Below the pieces are notes generated by a model that searched no databases, had not been told where the DNA came from, and was given only the letters and a program-made list of their open reading frames with translations. Of a stretch of DNA of 42,331 nt, positions 1-8,695 are shown one piece after another (position 1 is the first letter of the stretch; the number at the start of each line of letters is the position of its first letter). Source of the DNA: a bacterium (lineage in GTDB: Bacteria; SZUA-182; DTGQ01); NCBI GenBank assembly GCA_040752695.1, contig JBFMGO010000040.1:1-42331 (forward strand), read 5' to 3'. The position numbers and the translations under genes are program-made.

Positions 1-489
1 AATATGATACCTTTTCCGATAGATTTCCCTTAATGTTTCACTATTAAAAATTATCCGTTCACTTATGGTTATTCCAACCCACTCAATGCCGTAGAAGAAA
101 ATATTTCTCATGGTGTTCCTACTGTGCTTCATGTTATCCGCCCGTATGAAAGTTATCGCCGGGACTCGCCTTAGTTTGATGGGCAGCAGGCAAAGAAAAG
201 TATAGAAAGGTCCGAAATTGATAATTGCCTGAATATGATGCTTCCTTGTTATTGTGAAACTTTTCAGGAGCGATCCAATGATAAAATACAGCCAGAAGGA
301 ACTGTTTTTTTTCTTTAAAAGCGGAGATGACAACAGGCAGGGCCTGATATGCGTATGAGTGACAGGCAATTCTTCAGAGGAGAGATAATAAAGATTATGT
401 CCTTCTTTCGCCAAAGCTTTGTACACAGAATAAAGCCTGCGGGTAAACCCTCCCTCTTTGTGCATATAAAAAAGTGATAGAATAGTCAC
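1..489 (-). CDS. Glycosyltransferase family 4, N-terminal domain (partial, runs off the left edge)
   Basis: Not in the ORF track. Manual translation from GTG at 489 is open to position 1: MTILSLFYMHKEGGFTRRLYSVYKALAKEGHNLYYLS...ERIIFNSETLREIY. The GG...L...GH.V and 'IIFNSE.L' patterns are typical of the GT4 N-domain, and the gene lies at the end of an EPS export cluster. Confidence 0.8.
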   Translation of the reverse strand, partial: MTILSLFYMHKEGGFTRRLYSVYKALAKEGHNLYYLSSEELPVTHTHIRPCLLSSPLLKKKNSSFWLYFIIGSLLKSFTITRKHHIQAIINFGPFYTFLCLLPIKLRRVPAITFIRADNMKHSRNTMRNIFFYGIEWVGITISERIIFNSETLREIYRKRYHI

Positions 490-536
490 CGGGAACTCAC
501 TACGACCTAACCAAAAGACTTATGACCTCCGCCGCT

Positions 537-613
537 ATAGTATGGATAAGCTGGTGCACCATAAGCACCATAGACGGATAAATTGGTGTGCCATAGATGG
601 ATAAACTGGCATG
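537..613. repeat. Imperfect ~23-bp tandem repeat (about 3 copies), intergenic
   Basis: atagtatggataagctggtgcacc / atagacggataaattggtgtgcc / atagatggataaactggcatg, with a short partial unit between the first two copies. Confidence 0.7.
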
Positions 614-731
614 TATTCATGGGGGCACTCTATCCTGAAAAATCCTGGCCAGTATGATGGCTGCATCGCGTGTGATGCCGAGCCCACTTTTCGGGACAAG
701 TACTTGAATAGGTACTGATACAACAACGCTC

Positions 732-1520
732 TTAATCGGGAGCTTTATTGAGGACTGTACCGAGTAAATTGATTCCCTGAAGAAGATGAAGAGATTTTTC
801 GACCTGATTGCACGGGGTCTTGCCATACTCTACAACAAGGATAACACCATCGACATATTGAGAAAGGATCAGAGAATCAGCATATCCTAAAAGAGGAGCT
901 GAATCGAAAATGATAAACCGGTCAGAATAACGGTGTTTTACCTCATCTACTAATTGTTTCATTTTTGGAGAGCTGATAACCTCGGCGGAATTATCGAGGC
1001 TCTCATGGCCGGGGAGCAGTGTCAGTTTATCGATACCCGGTGAAACAAGGAGGTCGGCCAGCGGTATCCCGGCAAGAAAATAATCAGACAGGCCCTGCTG
1101 CGTACCATAGAGGCCGAAAAGTGGCCCCAGGGATGGCGTCCTGAGATCGGCATCCACCAGTAAAACAGTGTGCGGCAGCTCCTTGGCTAAACTGATGGCC
1201 AGATTGGCAGCAGTGAGGCTTTTCCCCTCTCTTTCCGTAGCGCTGGTTATCAGCAAGGTGTTTAAACCTTCAAGCTTCACTCTCTGAAGGATCTGAGTTT
1301 TTAAGACCTTATATCGGTTGGACAGGGGGGATTCGTCAAAGAGAGCTATCAGTCTGTTCTCTTTCAAAATTTCCTTCGGTATTTCAACCGTCCTGGTCCG
1401 TTTCGTCTGTTCGTATTGAGGGGGCGGTTCGGTTACGGTGTCGCTCATCTTTTCTTTTATTATCTTATCTCTGACTGTCGCGTCTTTCTCTGATGTGACT
1501 CGAAGTGCTCTTTTATTCAT
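732..1520 (-). CDS. Stand-alone BY-kinase domain (CpsD/CapB/Wze-type polysaccharide biosynthesis ATPase)
   Basis: Walker A ITSATEREGKS, A' LVDADLR, Walker B IFDSAP, and 'YKVLKTQI'. Follows a Wzc-like periplasmic co-polymerase. No C-terminal Tyr cluster. Confidence 0.9.
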   Translation of the reverse strand: MNKRALRVTSEKDATVRDKIIKEKMSDTVTEPPPQYEQTKRTRTVEIPKEILKENRLIALFDESPLSNRYKVLKTQILQRVKLEGLNTLLITSATEREGKSLTAANLAISLAKELPHTVLLVDADLRTPSLGPLFGLYGTQQGLSDYFLAGIPLADLLVSPGIDKLTLLPGHESLDNSAEVISSPKMKQLVDEVKHRYSDRFIIFDSAPLLGYADSLILSQYVDGVILVVEYGKTPCNQVEKSLHLLQGINLLGTVLNKAPD

Positions 1521-1549
1521 TCCTTATTACTCCTTATTACTCCATTATT
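1521..1549. repeat. 10-bp tandem repeat duplicating the ribosome-binding site
   Basis: tccttattac x2 plus tccattatt. On the minus strand this reads ...GGAGTAATAAGGAGTAATAAGGA-ATG. Confidence 0.8.
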
Positions 1550-1596
1550 TCTTTTTATTTTTTTCTTCTTGTCGCTTCTTGTTACTTCAATCCTTA

Positions 1597-3381
1597 TCAC
1601 CCCTTGAGCGGCAGTGAAGACAGCATCTTTTCTCCAAATTTTATTATTTTTATCCATAGCAAATCGAGATGTATAAAAAACAAATGAGTAACCACGGCAC
1701 ATAGAGCTATCACACCCGATAAGGCAAGAACTGCCAGTGCATATTTCCACCGTCGTTTTCTTCTGTCCGCTTTGTTCTCTATCATGGGAACGGCGGTGAA
1801 AACGGGTTTATCGGTAATAGTGCTCAAAACTTCTTCAGAAAGGATAGACTTATCAGTAAACTCTCTTACGCAGGCCAATCCCAAACCCATACCTATGGCT
1901 AAAACGGCCCCTATCAGAAGGATCGCCATTCTATTCGGCTTATAGGGCTCTTCGGGATAAGCACCTGGATCGATGATGGTAAATCTTTCACCTATCTGTT
2001 CTCTTTCCAAAGCTTCCGAGGCTCTTGCTTCCAATAATTTTTGCATCGTTTCGCGGTAGCGGATCTGAGCGTTGTCATAATCGCGGGTGAGCATCTTATA
2101 TTCCTGCTCTATTTGGGGGGCTAATTCCAATCTCTCTTGATATTTGAAAAGCTTATCCTTGAGGTCGTCTTTATCGAGTTTGAGTGACTCCAATTCCATA
2201 TTCAAGGTGGTAATCTGGGTGTCGAGATTAATATAAGCAGGATTATCAGGTTTTTCCTCCAGCTCATTTGAGGCAGCGGATTTGTTCTTCATATCAGCAA
2301 TATCATCTTCCAGATATTGAATTGCTTTTTTCAAGCGAATGACATCCTGATGCTGATCTGAAAATAATGCCTTCTTTTCTTTTAACGAGGCTTGAAGCTC
2401 TTGAAGCTCCTTTTCCTTCATCCTCAGGTTTTCTTGAAGGCTGACCCCTGCCTCTTCTTCCAGCAATTTGATTTCTTTCTCTATTCTTATTAAATCAGGA
2501 TGATTTGCAGAATATGCAGCCTTCATTATCCTGTAGTCACCATAGAGCTGGGCCAGCCTTTCCTGAAGGAGAACCGATCGGCCGGTTTTCGTCTTGACTC
2601 CAGGCAGATAAGGATCAGTCAGACTAAGCTGGCCCTGCAAATATACCTCTCTTTCTTTCAAACTCTCTATCTGCCTGTCTACGTTATCCAGTTCTCCCTG
2701 GATTCTGGCAAGAATCTGCATATTAACCTGATTCATCTCAGGTAAGCTGTTTAAATATTTTGCCTTAAATCCGGCGATTTTCATTTCCGATTCGGAAATG
2801 GTTTCAGCGAGCCTTTTTAATTCTGCTTCAAGGAAAATAGAAGTTGTTTCTGCTTTCTTTTCCCGTATTTTTAAGTTTTCTTCCAAGTATAAGGAAGCTA
2901 ATAAATTGACGACCTTCTGGACTTTTTCAGGATTTTCCCCCTCGAAGAAAAGTTTAAAGGCAATAGTAACCGTAGTTGCTCTCCCGGTCCGCTGGTCATT
3001 GGCTTCTGAACTGATCATCTTGAGAGAAATACTGTTTCTCATTCTTTCGATGATTTCCTCGACTGTTTTCTTCTTCCTCAGATCAGGGTATAAGTCGAGG
3101 CGGTCGATGATCTCAAGGAGCCTGTTTCGACTGGTGATCTGCTGAGTAAGCATTTCAATCGTCTGCTCAGCGTAAGAGGTAACCGTACTGCGGATAAGAT
3201 CGTTGGGGACCTCCTGTCCCTCTATAAGAATTGTGCAACTGCTCCTGTAAACAGGGGGAAGGACAAAAGCCACTATGGCAGATATCAAAAAAACACTGAT
3301 AAAAGGGATGAATAGATATTTTTTGCGGCGTTTAATGATATTGAAATAATTAAAGGTATTTTTATCTGTTTGCTCTTCCAT
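1597..3381 (-). CDS. Polysaccharide co-polymerase / chain-length determinant (Wzz/GumC/Wzc-N), copy 1
   Basis: N-terminal TM followed by LPPVYRSSCTILIE, a long coiled coil with a YSANHPD motif, and FTIIDPGAYPEEPYKPNR plus TM (GNVR-like region). Confidence 0.9.
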   Translation of the reverse strand: MEEQTDKNTFNYFNIIKRRKKYLFIPFISVFLISAIVAFVLPPVYRSSCTILIEGQEVPNDLIRSTVTSYAEQTIEMLTQQITSRNRLLEIIDRLDLYPDLRKKKTVEEIIERMRNSISLKMISSEANDQRTGRATTVTIAFKLFFEGENPEKVQKVVNLLASLYLEENLKIREKKAETTSIFLEAELKRLAETISESEMKIAGFKAKYLNSLPEMNQVNMQILARIQGELDNVDRQIESLKEREVYLQGQLSLTDPYLPGVKTKTGRSVLLQERLAQLYGDYRIMKAAYSANHPDLIRIEKEIKLLEEEAGVSLQENLRMKEKELQELQASLKEKKALFSDQHQDVIRLKKAIQYLEDDIADMKNKSAASNELEEKPDNPAYINLDTQITTLNMELESLKLDKDDLKDKLFKYQERLELAPQIEQEYKMLTRDYDNAQIRYRETMQKLLEARASEALEREQIGERFTIIDPGAYPEEPYKPNRMAILLIGAVLAIGMGLGLACVREFTDKSILSEEVLSTITDKPVFTAVPMIENKADRRKRRWKYALAVLALSGVIALCAVVTHLFFIHLDLLWIKIIKFGEKMLSSLPLKG

Positions 3382-3389
3382 CGATGCCC

Positions 3390-4610
3390 TTACTGTATTT
3401 TGTAGTTATTATCAATCCTTAGCTTAAGAAAAATAGTATCTCGCCTTCCCTCCTCAGAAGTCTCAGATAGACTCGATGATGTGATTTTTTTGCTTATTTG
3501 GGGGCTATAGGTGAGATCGAGAAAAATATATTTCCTCAATCTGTGAGTGAGAGAGATGCTGTACACAAAATGGTCATTTTTATGTTTCTGCTGAAAACCT
3601 GAGAGATAATCCTCAGACTTCGATATGATCCGTACCCACCGAAACGTTCCGGTGGTTGTTTTGAGAAAAGAATAATCCGCGGAAAGAGACACCTTTTCCC
3701 TGGTTATTGTTCCATAGGACCCCGATGGAGAAATATCCTTAGAATAAACTATACTTACGTTGCCTTTGGAATGTTGGTAAAGAAAAGAAATGCCGCCGAA
3801 TCCGCTTCTTTCTTTCTTGTGCATGCTCTCAGAGAGGATGGTGTTCTTGGCTGCTTGTGTTTCACTGTAGATGATACCCGAACTGATCGATATTTTCGAT
3901 AGTTCTCTGAGTCGATAATCCAACCCTAAAAGAGAATGGAAATTGTCTGTAGACTGGTTATATTGATTGTTGTAATCATACCGTGAATAACCATTGTTCC
4001 ATGATAAAGTCGCTCTTCCATCATGCAAATACTGAGAAACAAGGATGGATCCGTCATGAGTTTGATAACCTACATAGCCGGATTTATCATAGGAAACCTC
4101 GGAGTATTGATAAGAGAAGGAAAGCTGTGACCTTTCCGAGAGAAGCCAGGTTATCTGCGGTCCCCCTGAATATCTTTTGCGGTCGGTATGGCTGTAAACA
4201 ACGCCGGTTTCCTCCAATTCACTCTCGAACGTAGTGTCCTTGAGGTAAGAGCCTGATAAATTTCCACTCAGAAGAGGTGTCAGGCGGGTATCCCACATTA
4301 ACTGGTACTGTTCCCTTTGCGTATTCAATTCATCGTGCTTTTTGTGTTTAATAAAGGCCATTCCCGCTTCCGCACGTAAGGAATTGAGAGGAAAACTATT
4401 TTCCCATGTAAGGTGGGGAGAAAAAGTGAACATCCAATCTGTTTCGGGATTCCGTGTATTCCAAAAGATATTCGAATCATACCCTTCTTCTACGGTCAAT
4501 CGCGTAAATACATGGTGCTCGCCCCCGAACCCCTGACCGGGAAAGGATGCTGCGAAGAAAACCGTCAGCAAGAAAATAATAACAAGCCTTTGATATATCG
4601 TGAATTTCAC
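3390..4610 (-). CDS. Outer-membrane beta-barrel protein associated with polysaccharide export (WzpX/EpsX-like)
   Basis: Signal peptide, 'EEGYDSNIF...DWMFTFSPHL' N-terminal motif, alternating aromatic beta-strands, and position between the OPX and co-polymerase genes. Confidence 0.75.
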   Translation of the reverse strand: MKFTIYQRLVIIFLLTVFFAASFPGQGFGGEHHVFTRLTVEEGYDSNIFWNTRNPETDWMFTFSPHLTWENSFPLNSLRAEAGMAFIKHKKHDELNTQREQYQLMWDTRLTPLLSGNLSGSYLKDTTFESELEETGVVYSHTDRKRYSGGPQITWLLSERSQLSFSYQYSEVSYDKSGYVGYQTHDGSILVSQYLHDGRATLSWNNGYSRYDYNNQYNQSTDNFHSLLGLDYRLRELSKISISSGIIYSETQAAKNTILSESMHKKERSGFGGISFLYQHSKGNVSIVYSKDISPSGSYGTITREKVSLSADYSFLKTTTGTFRWVRIISKSEDYLSGFQQKHKNDHFVYSISLTHRLRKYIFLDLTYSPQISKKITSSSLSETSEEGRRDTIFLKLRIDNNYKIQ

Positions 4611-4655
4611 TTCCGACTCGATAATTTCCGGCTCGATAATTTCCGGTTGGATCGC
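4611..4655. repeat. 15-bp imperfect tandem repeat x3 directly upstream of the start codon
   Basis: ttccgactcgataat / ttccggctcgataat / ttccggttggatcgc. Confidence 0.8.
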
Positions 4656-4732
4656 TCCTGATTCGATCTATGGCACTGGATTACTGTGATATACTGGATC
4701 AGCATGATAGTGGATTGCTACGGTTATATTGC

Positions 4733-5362
4733 TTACGGTACAATGATTACATCTCCGCTTTGAAGAGTAATATTCTGTTCGAGATATTTGCCTTTTTTGA
4801 TATCTCTATAGTTGAATGCTAATTTGGTATTTTCACCTCCACTGTTTCTGAGAATGAAGATCCTGGTCTCCCTGGCAAATGGAGTGAGCCCACCGGCAAG
4901 AGAAAGAGCCTGAAGCACAGTAATAGTCCTTCCCATGGTATAAACACCGGGACGGGCAACCGCACCCAGAACATAAACGTTCATGCTTTTTACCTGCATA
5001 AGCATTACGGTCACAACTGCTTCGGGGATATATTTACTGATACCTTCCGTTATCTTCCCCTCCAGTTCTTTCACGGTGACACCTGCCGCCTGCAACTCTC
5101 CGACAAAAGGGAATGAAATTTTTCCGTCCGGTCTTACCGCTACCTGCTTGGTCAGGTTCGGTTCCCTCCAGACGGAAATTTCCAGGATATCCTCAATCCC
5201 TATTGTATATGACGGCTCGCCGCTCTCTTCCTTGCTCTCTTCATATGATGAATCGCTGCTCCCTTCCTTTTTGGATTCCTGCGCAGGTAATGCAGCAGAA
5301 AAGAAGAAAAAACAAAAAACAGCTATGACAAAAACAGGGGAAAACCTTTTTTTAAAAAGCAT
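4733..5362 (-). CDS. wza: Short OPX (Wza-family) polysaccharide export protein, Poly_export domain plus one SLBB domain
   Basis: YTIGIEDILEISVW...VRPDGKISFPFVGELQAAG, VYVLGAVARPG, ALSLAGGLT, LQSGDVIIVP. No C-terminal outer-membrane helix. Confidence 0.9.
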   Translation of the reverse strand: MLFKKRFSPVFVIAVFCFFFFSAALPAQESKKEGSSDSSYEESKEESGEPSYTIGIEDILEISVWREPNLTKQVAVRPDGKISFPFVGELQAAGVTVKELEGKITEGISKYIPEAVVTVMLMQVKSMNVYVLGAVARPGVYTMGRTITVLQALSLAGGLTPFARETRIFILRNSGGENTKLAFNYRDIKKGKYLEQNITLQSGDVIIVP

Positions 5363-5460
5363 AGTACTATTCCTCAGTTGTAATTGTGGGTTGCCTTTTC
5401 AACTTTTTCTTTGTATCCACTGACATACAAGCTTGCTGGATATTTTTGGATGAGAGCATA

Positions 5461-5506
5461 ATCAGGAGATTTATGATTTCCTGATCAAGAGATTTATGAT
5501 TTCCTG
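5461..5506. repeat. 23-bp tandem duplication containing the stop codon of the TPR gene
   Basis: atcaggagatttatgatttcctg / atcaagagatttatgatttcctg (1 mismatch). The stop codon at 5494-5496 lies inside the second unit. Confidence 0.9.
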
Positions 5507-7893
5507 CCTTGTTTATTACTCCATTGTTTTTGTAATAAGACAGCCTTATCCCGAAAGAGAGGATCGAGTTGGTATTTCATTGCTTTTTCCAGGTACTGGA
5601 GTGCTTCTTTTGCATCGCCCTTCTCGTGGAGAATTATAGCTGCATGCAGGTTGCAGATACCTTCATTGGGAGAGATATCCAGGGCTTTTTGGATATAGTC
5701 CCATGCAGTATCGAGCTTACCCTGTTTGTACGCTACCCAGGCAGCGGTGTCTAAGTAGGTAGGATTTCCTGGCTTTATGGAAAGGGATTGAGCAGCCATC
5801 CGAGCCGCTTCTTTCAGCCGTTCCTTTTCCGAGTAATACTCTGCGTAGGAAAAGGCCAGATTGTTCAATAGAATGGGAATGTCCCCGTTTCTTTCCAGCA
5901 TCTGTTGATATACTTTGATCCCATCCTTCCAGTTGCCGCAAGATTCGTAAAGCGCTGCCAGTTGCAGGCCGACAGGCAAAGTCGGCTGCCGTTGATAAGT
6001 CTGTTCGAATTCATCCACTGCCTTATTCAGTTTTCCCTGTTTGATATACATTTTAGCCAGGGCTATATAGGGGCTGCTCCATTGGGGAGCTAATGTACTG
6101 GCAGCCAGCAATTCTTTTTCACCTTTTTCCCACAACTCCTGGACCATATATGTCATGCCAAGGTAGTAATGGAGCGAAGGAGTATCAGGGGCGTCCTTAA
6201 GCAGTGATTTTAAAAGAGTTGCTGCGGTATCAAATTCTTTTCTTTCATGGTAAATACCCAAAAGAGCCTCAAGAGCCTGTTCCAGCCCGTCTTTCTTGGT
6301 CATGGCCTGTTTGAACCAGGTTATCGCTTCATCAGGTCTGGCCTGCATATACCGTAAACGGCCCATTTCGATATAGCCTGTAAAAGACGAAGGGTGCACT
6401 TGGATAAGATATTGAAAATCTTTCTCTGCTTCGGGATAATTTTTTTCCGCTCTTCTGATGGCACCCCGTTTTACGAGAAATCCGACATCGTCCGGTTTCA
6501 GAGTAAGGCCGTCTTCCAAAACTTTCAATGCCCTGGGAGAATTTTTCAGATGCATATAGAAATCTACAAGTTCCATCCTCAACATAGGGTCAGATGGATG
6601 TAACCGAAGCACTTTCTGCAGGGTCTCTTCTGCCAAAGAATTTTTTTTATTCGCCAGTTGGCACCTGGCCAGTAAAACATGAGCTTCCGAAAGTTCCGGA
6701 CGAGCCACCGCAACCTGGTTGAGATTAAGTTCAGCCTGCTCCAGTTCTCCAAGCCGGAACAGGATTTTTCCGAGGAGAAATCTGGCATCCACGTTACTCT
6801 GATTGCCCTTTAGAATTTTCGTACACATATCATGTGCATCCCGCAGCTTTCCCTGAAAAGCGTAAAGAATGGCTTTCTCCTGGAAGATGCGCTCCTTGTC
6901 GGAATCAGATAACGAAAGGGCCATTGTCTTATCCAAAAGATCACGTGCAGAGTTAAGCCGCTGTCTTGATCTGAGTAACTGGCTCAATTCTATAACGATA
7001 TCGATATTTTCCGGTTGATCGGAGAGGACTTGCCTGAATGTCTCCTCGGCCTTTTCTTCCTCCCCATGCCTGAGAAAAAAGTGTGCCCTCTCGCGAAGCA
7101 ATTCAGGAGGGAGGACTTCAAAGGCAGCCTTTGCTTCTTTTATCATTCCAAAATCTTCAAGGATCCGGGCCCGCAGCAAGGTGAGTTGTCCCTGATTCCC
7201 GTTACTTTTCACCATGGCATCCAACTCCTTAAGAACCCCCTCCTTATCTTTCGCCTGATAAAAGTACCGGGCCATCAGGATATAGGGTGGAATTTCTGAA
7301 GGAGCGAGAGCCTGCCAGGTACGGGCCGCATTCTTCATTTTCTCAAAATCTCTCAATTGTCTAAAACAAAAGGCCAAGAGGCGCTGTATGTCCTTATCCT
7401 TGTCTCCATCACCGAGAGGGGAAAGGATTGTAATAGCATCTTTCGGTTGCCCGAGGTTGAGATACGATTCTGCCTGAATGATGCTATATCTTGGCTCATA
7501 ATCCTTTGGAGCTTTCAATTGCGCTAATTCATCAAGGGCTCTTTGTGCCTGCGTCTTATTCCCTCTGGCCAAAAGAGCGGCTATTTCAAGCCTTGCCTCG
7601 TCAGACTCAGGGTTAAGTTCAAGGGCAATCATGAATTGCCGGTAACTCTCTGAATATCGGGCTTGAGTACCGTAACATTTCCCCAGGGAGAGTCTGACCC
7701 GAATATTCTTTGGATCAAGCTGCAGCGCGCTCTTATACTCCAGAATTGCCCGGGCTGTATCTCCCTCAGCCGCGAGGTGATCACCCTTGACCAAGTACTT
7801 ATTTACCCGCTCTGTTCTGGACGAGCAGCCAACAAAAACAACCAAGGAGACACATATGGTAAATGATTTTGTTAATTTCATGAAATTACTCAC
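5494..7893 (-). CDS. TPR-repeat lipoprotein (PrsT-like, PEP-CTERM/EPS-associated)
   Basis: Lipobox-like VVFVGC, TPR repeats throughout, and C-terminal LNNLAFSYAE...YLDTAAWVAYKQG. Confidence 0.8.
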   Translation of the reverse strand: MSNFMKLTKSFTICVSLVVFVGCSSRTERVNKYLVKGDHLAAEGDTARAILEYKSALQLDPKNIRVRLSLGKCYGTQARYSESYRQFMIALELNPESDEARLEIAALLARGNKTQAQRALDELAQLKAPKDYEPRYSIIQAESYLNLGQPKDAITILSPLGDGDKDKDIQRLLAFCFRQLRDFEKMKNAARTWQALAPSEIPPYILMARYFYQAKDKEGVLKELDAMVKSNGNQGQLTLLRARILEDFGMIKEAKAAFEVLPPELLRERAHFFLRHGEEEKAEETFRQVLSDQPENIDIVIELSQLLRSRQRLNSARDLLDKTMALSLSDSDKERIFQEKAILYAFQGKLRDAHDMCTKILKGNQSNVDARFLLGKILFRLGELEQAELNLNQVAVARPELSEAHVLLARCQLANKKNSLAEETLQKVLRLHPSDPMLRMELVDFYMHLKNSPRALKVLEDGLTLKPDDVGFLVKRGAIRRAEKNYPEAEKDFQYLIQVHPSSFTGYIEMGRLRYMQARPDEAITWFKQAMTKKDGLEQALEALLGIYHERKEFDTAATLLKSLLKDAPDTPSLHYYLGMTYMVQELWEKGEKELLAASTLAPQWSSPYIALAKMYIKQGKLNKAVDEFEQTYQRQPTLPVGLQLAALYESCGNWKDGIKVYQQMLERNGDIPILLNNLAFSYAEYYSEKERLKEAARMAAQSLSIKPGNPTYLDTAAWVAYKQGKLDTAWDYIQKALDISPNEGICNLHAAIILHEKGDAKEALQYLEKAMKYQLDPLFRDKAVLLQKQWSNKQGRKS

Positions 7894-7913
7894 ATGTTTA
7901 ATAAAACGGTATC

Positions 7914-8591
7914 TTAACCACCGTTCAATACAATTCCCAGGAATTTTTCCTGAGGCAGCATATTCGTGGCGCTCTTTACATTCTCACGCGGTATTTTACC
8001 CCATCTGGCAACAAAAAGGATTCCATCGACATATTCAGAGAGGATCAATGGATCCGGGTACAGGCAAATGGATGGAACATCAAAAATAATGAAACAATTT
8101 TTATATCTTTCCTTAAGTTCTTCTACCAGAGCCTTCATGCGAGGAGAACCCAGAAGTTCCGGTGCCTGGGAAATGGAATTGCCGGCAAGCAGGATTCTGA
8201 GATTATGGATGCCGGGATTTATGAAAAGCTCTTCCACTGTTTTTTCACCGCAAAAATATGAGCTTAACCCGATTGCTTCTGATCCGAGCTCCAGAATTTC
8301 ATGAATCGCAGGCTTTCGCAGGTTCAGATCGACCAACAGCGTTGTGTGGTTTCTATCTTTGGCAAAAGTTACTGCTAAATTGAGGGCGATGGTACTTTTC
8401 CCATCGCCTGAATCAAATCCGGTTACCATAATGATCCCCTGCTTATTCAAACGCTGCATGATCCGGGTTCGAAGTAACCTGAATTCATCACTGACTCTGT
8501 GATTCTCCTCTATCGCCATTACCTTATGAACTATGAGGGTTTCAGGGGCTATTTTTGCAATCCTGGCATCCGATGGTGTAAAATCCTGCAC
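7914..8591 (-). CDS. Stand-alone BY-kinase domain (CpsD/CapB/Wze-type), copy 2, degenerate
   Basis: EFRLLRTRI, Walker A GFDSGDGKS, A' LVDLNLR, Walker B IFDVPS. Ends LGIVLNGG with no Tyr cluster. GTG start preceded by AAGGAG. Confidence 0.88.
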   Translation of the reverse strand: MQDFTPSDARIAKIAPETLIVHKVMAIEENHRVSDEFRLLRTRIMQRLNKQGIIMVTGFDSGDGKSTIALNLAVTFAKDRNHTTLLVDLNLRKPAIHEILELGSEAIGLSSYFCGEKTVEELFINPGIHNLRILLAGNSISQAPELLGSPRMKALVEELKERYKNCFIIFDVPSICLYPDPLILSEYVDGILFVARWGKIPRENVKSATNMLPQEKFLGIVLNGG

Positions 8592-8627
8592 GGTTTCCTC
8601 TCCTTAATTCAGGAATTCAGTAAAAAT

Positions 8628-8695
8628 GTGCTCTTATACAAGAAAAGGTGCTATTACACAAGAGAAGGTGCTGCTATACAAGAGAGTGTGCTTTG
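8628..8695. repeat. 20-bp imperfect tandem repeat x3 spanning the stop codon of the co-polymerase gene
   Basis: gtgctcttatacaagaaaag / gtgctattacacaagagaag / gtgctgctatacaagagagt / gtgctttg. Stop codon at 8674-8676. Confidence 0.85.

Noticed and set aside
535..726. 63-aa ORF between the kinase and glycosyltransferase genes
   Set aside because: TTG start, no recognisable motif, and it runs through a tandem-repeat tract.
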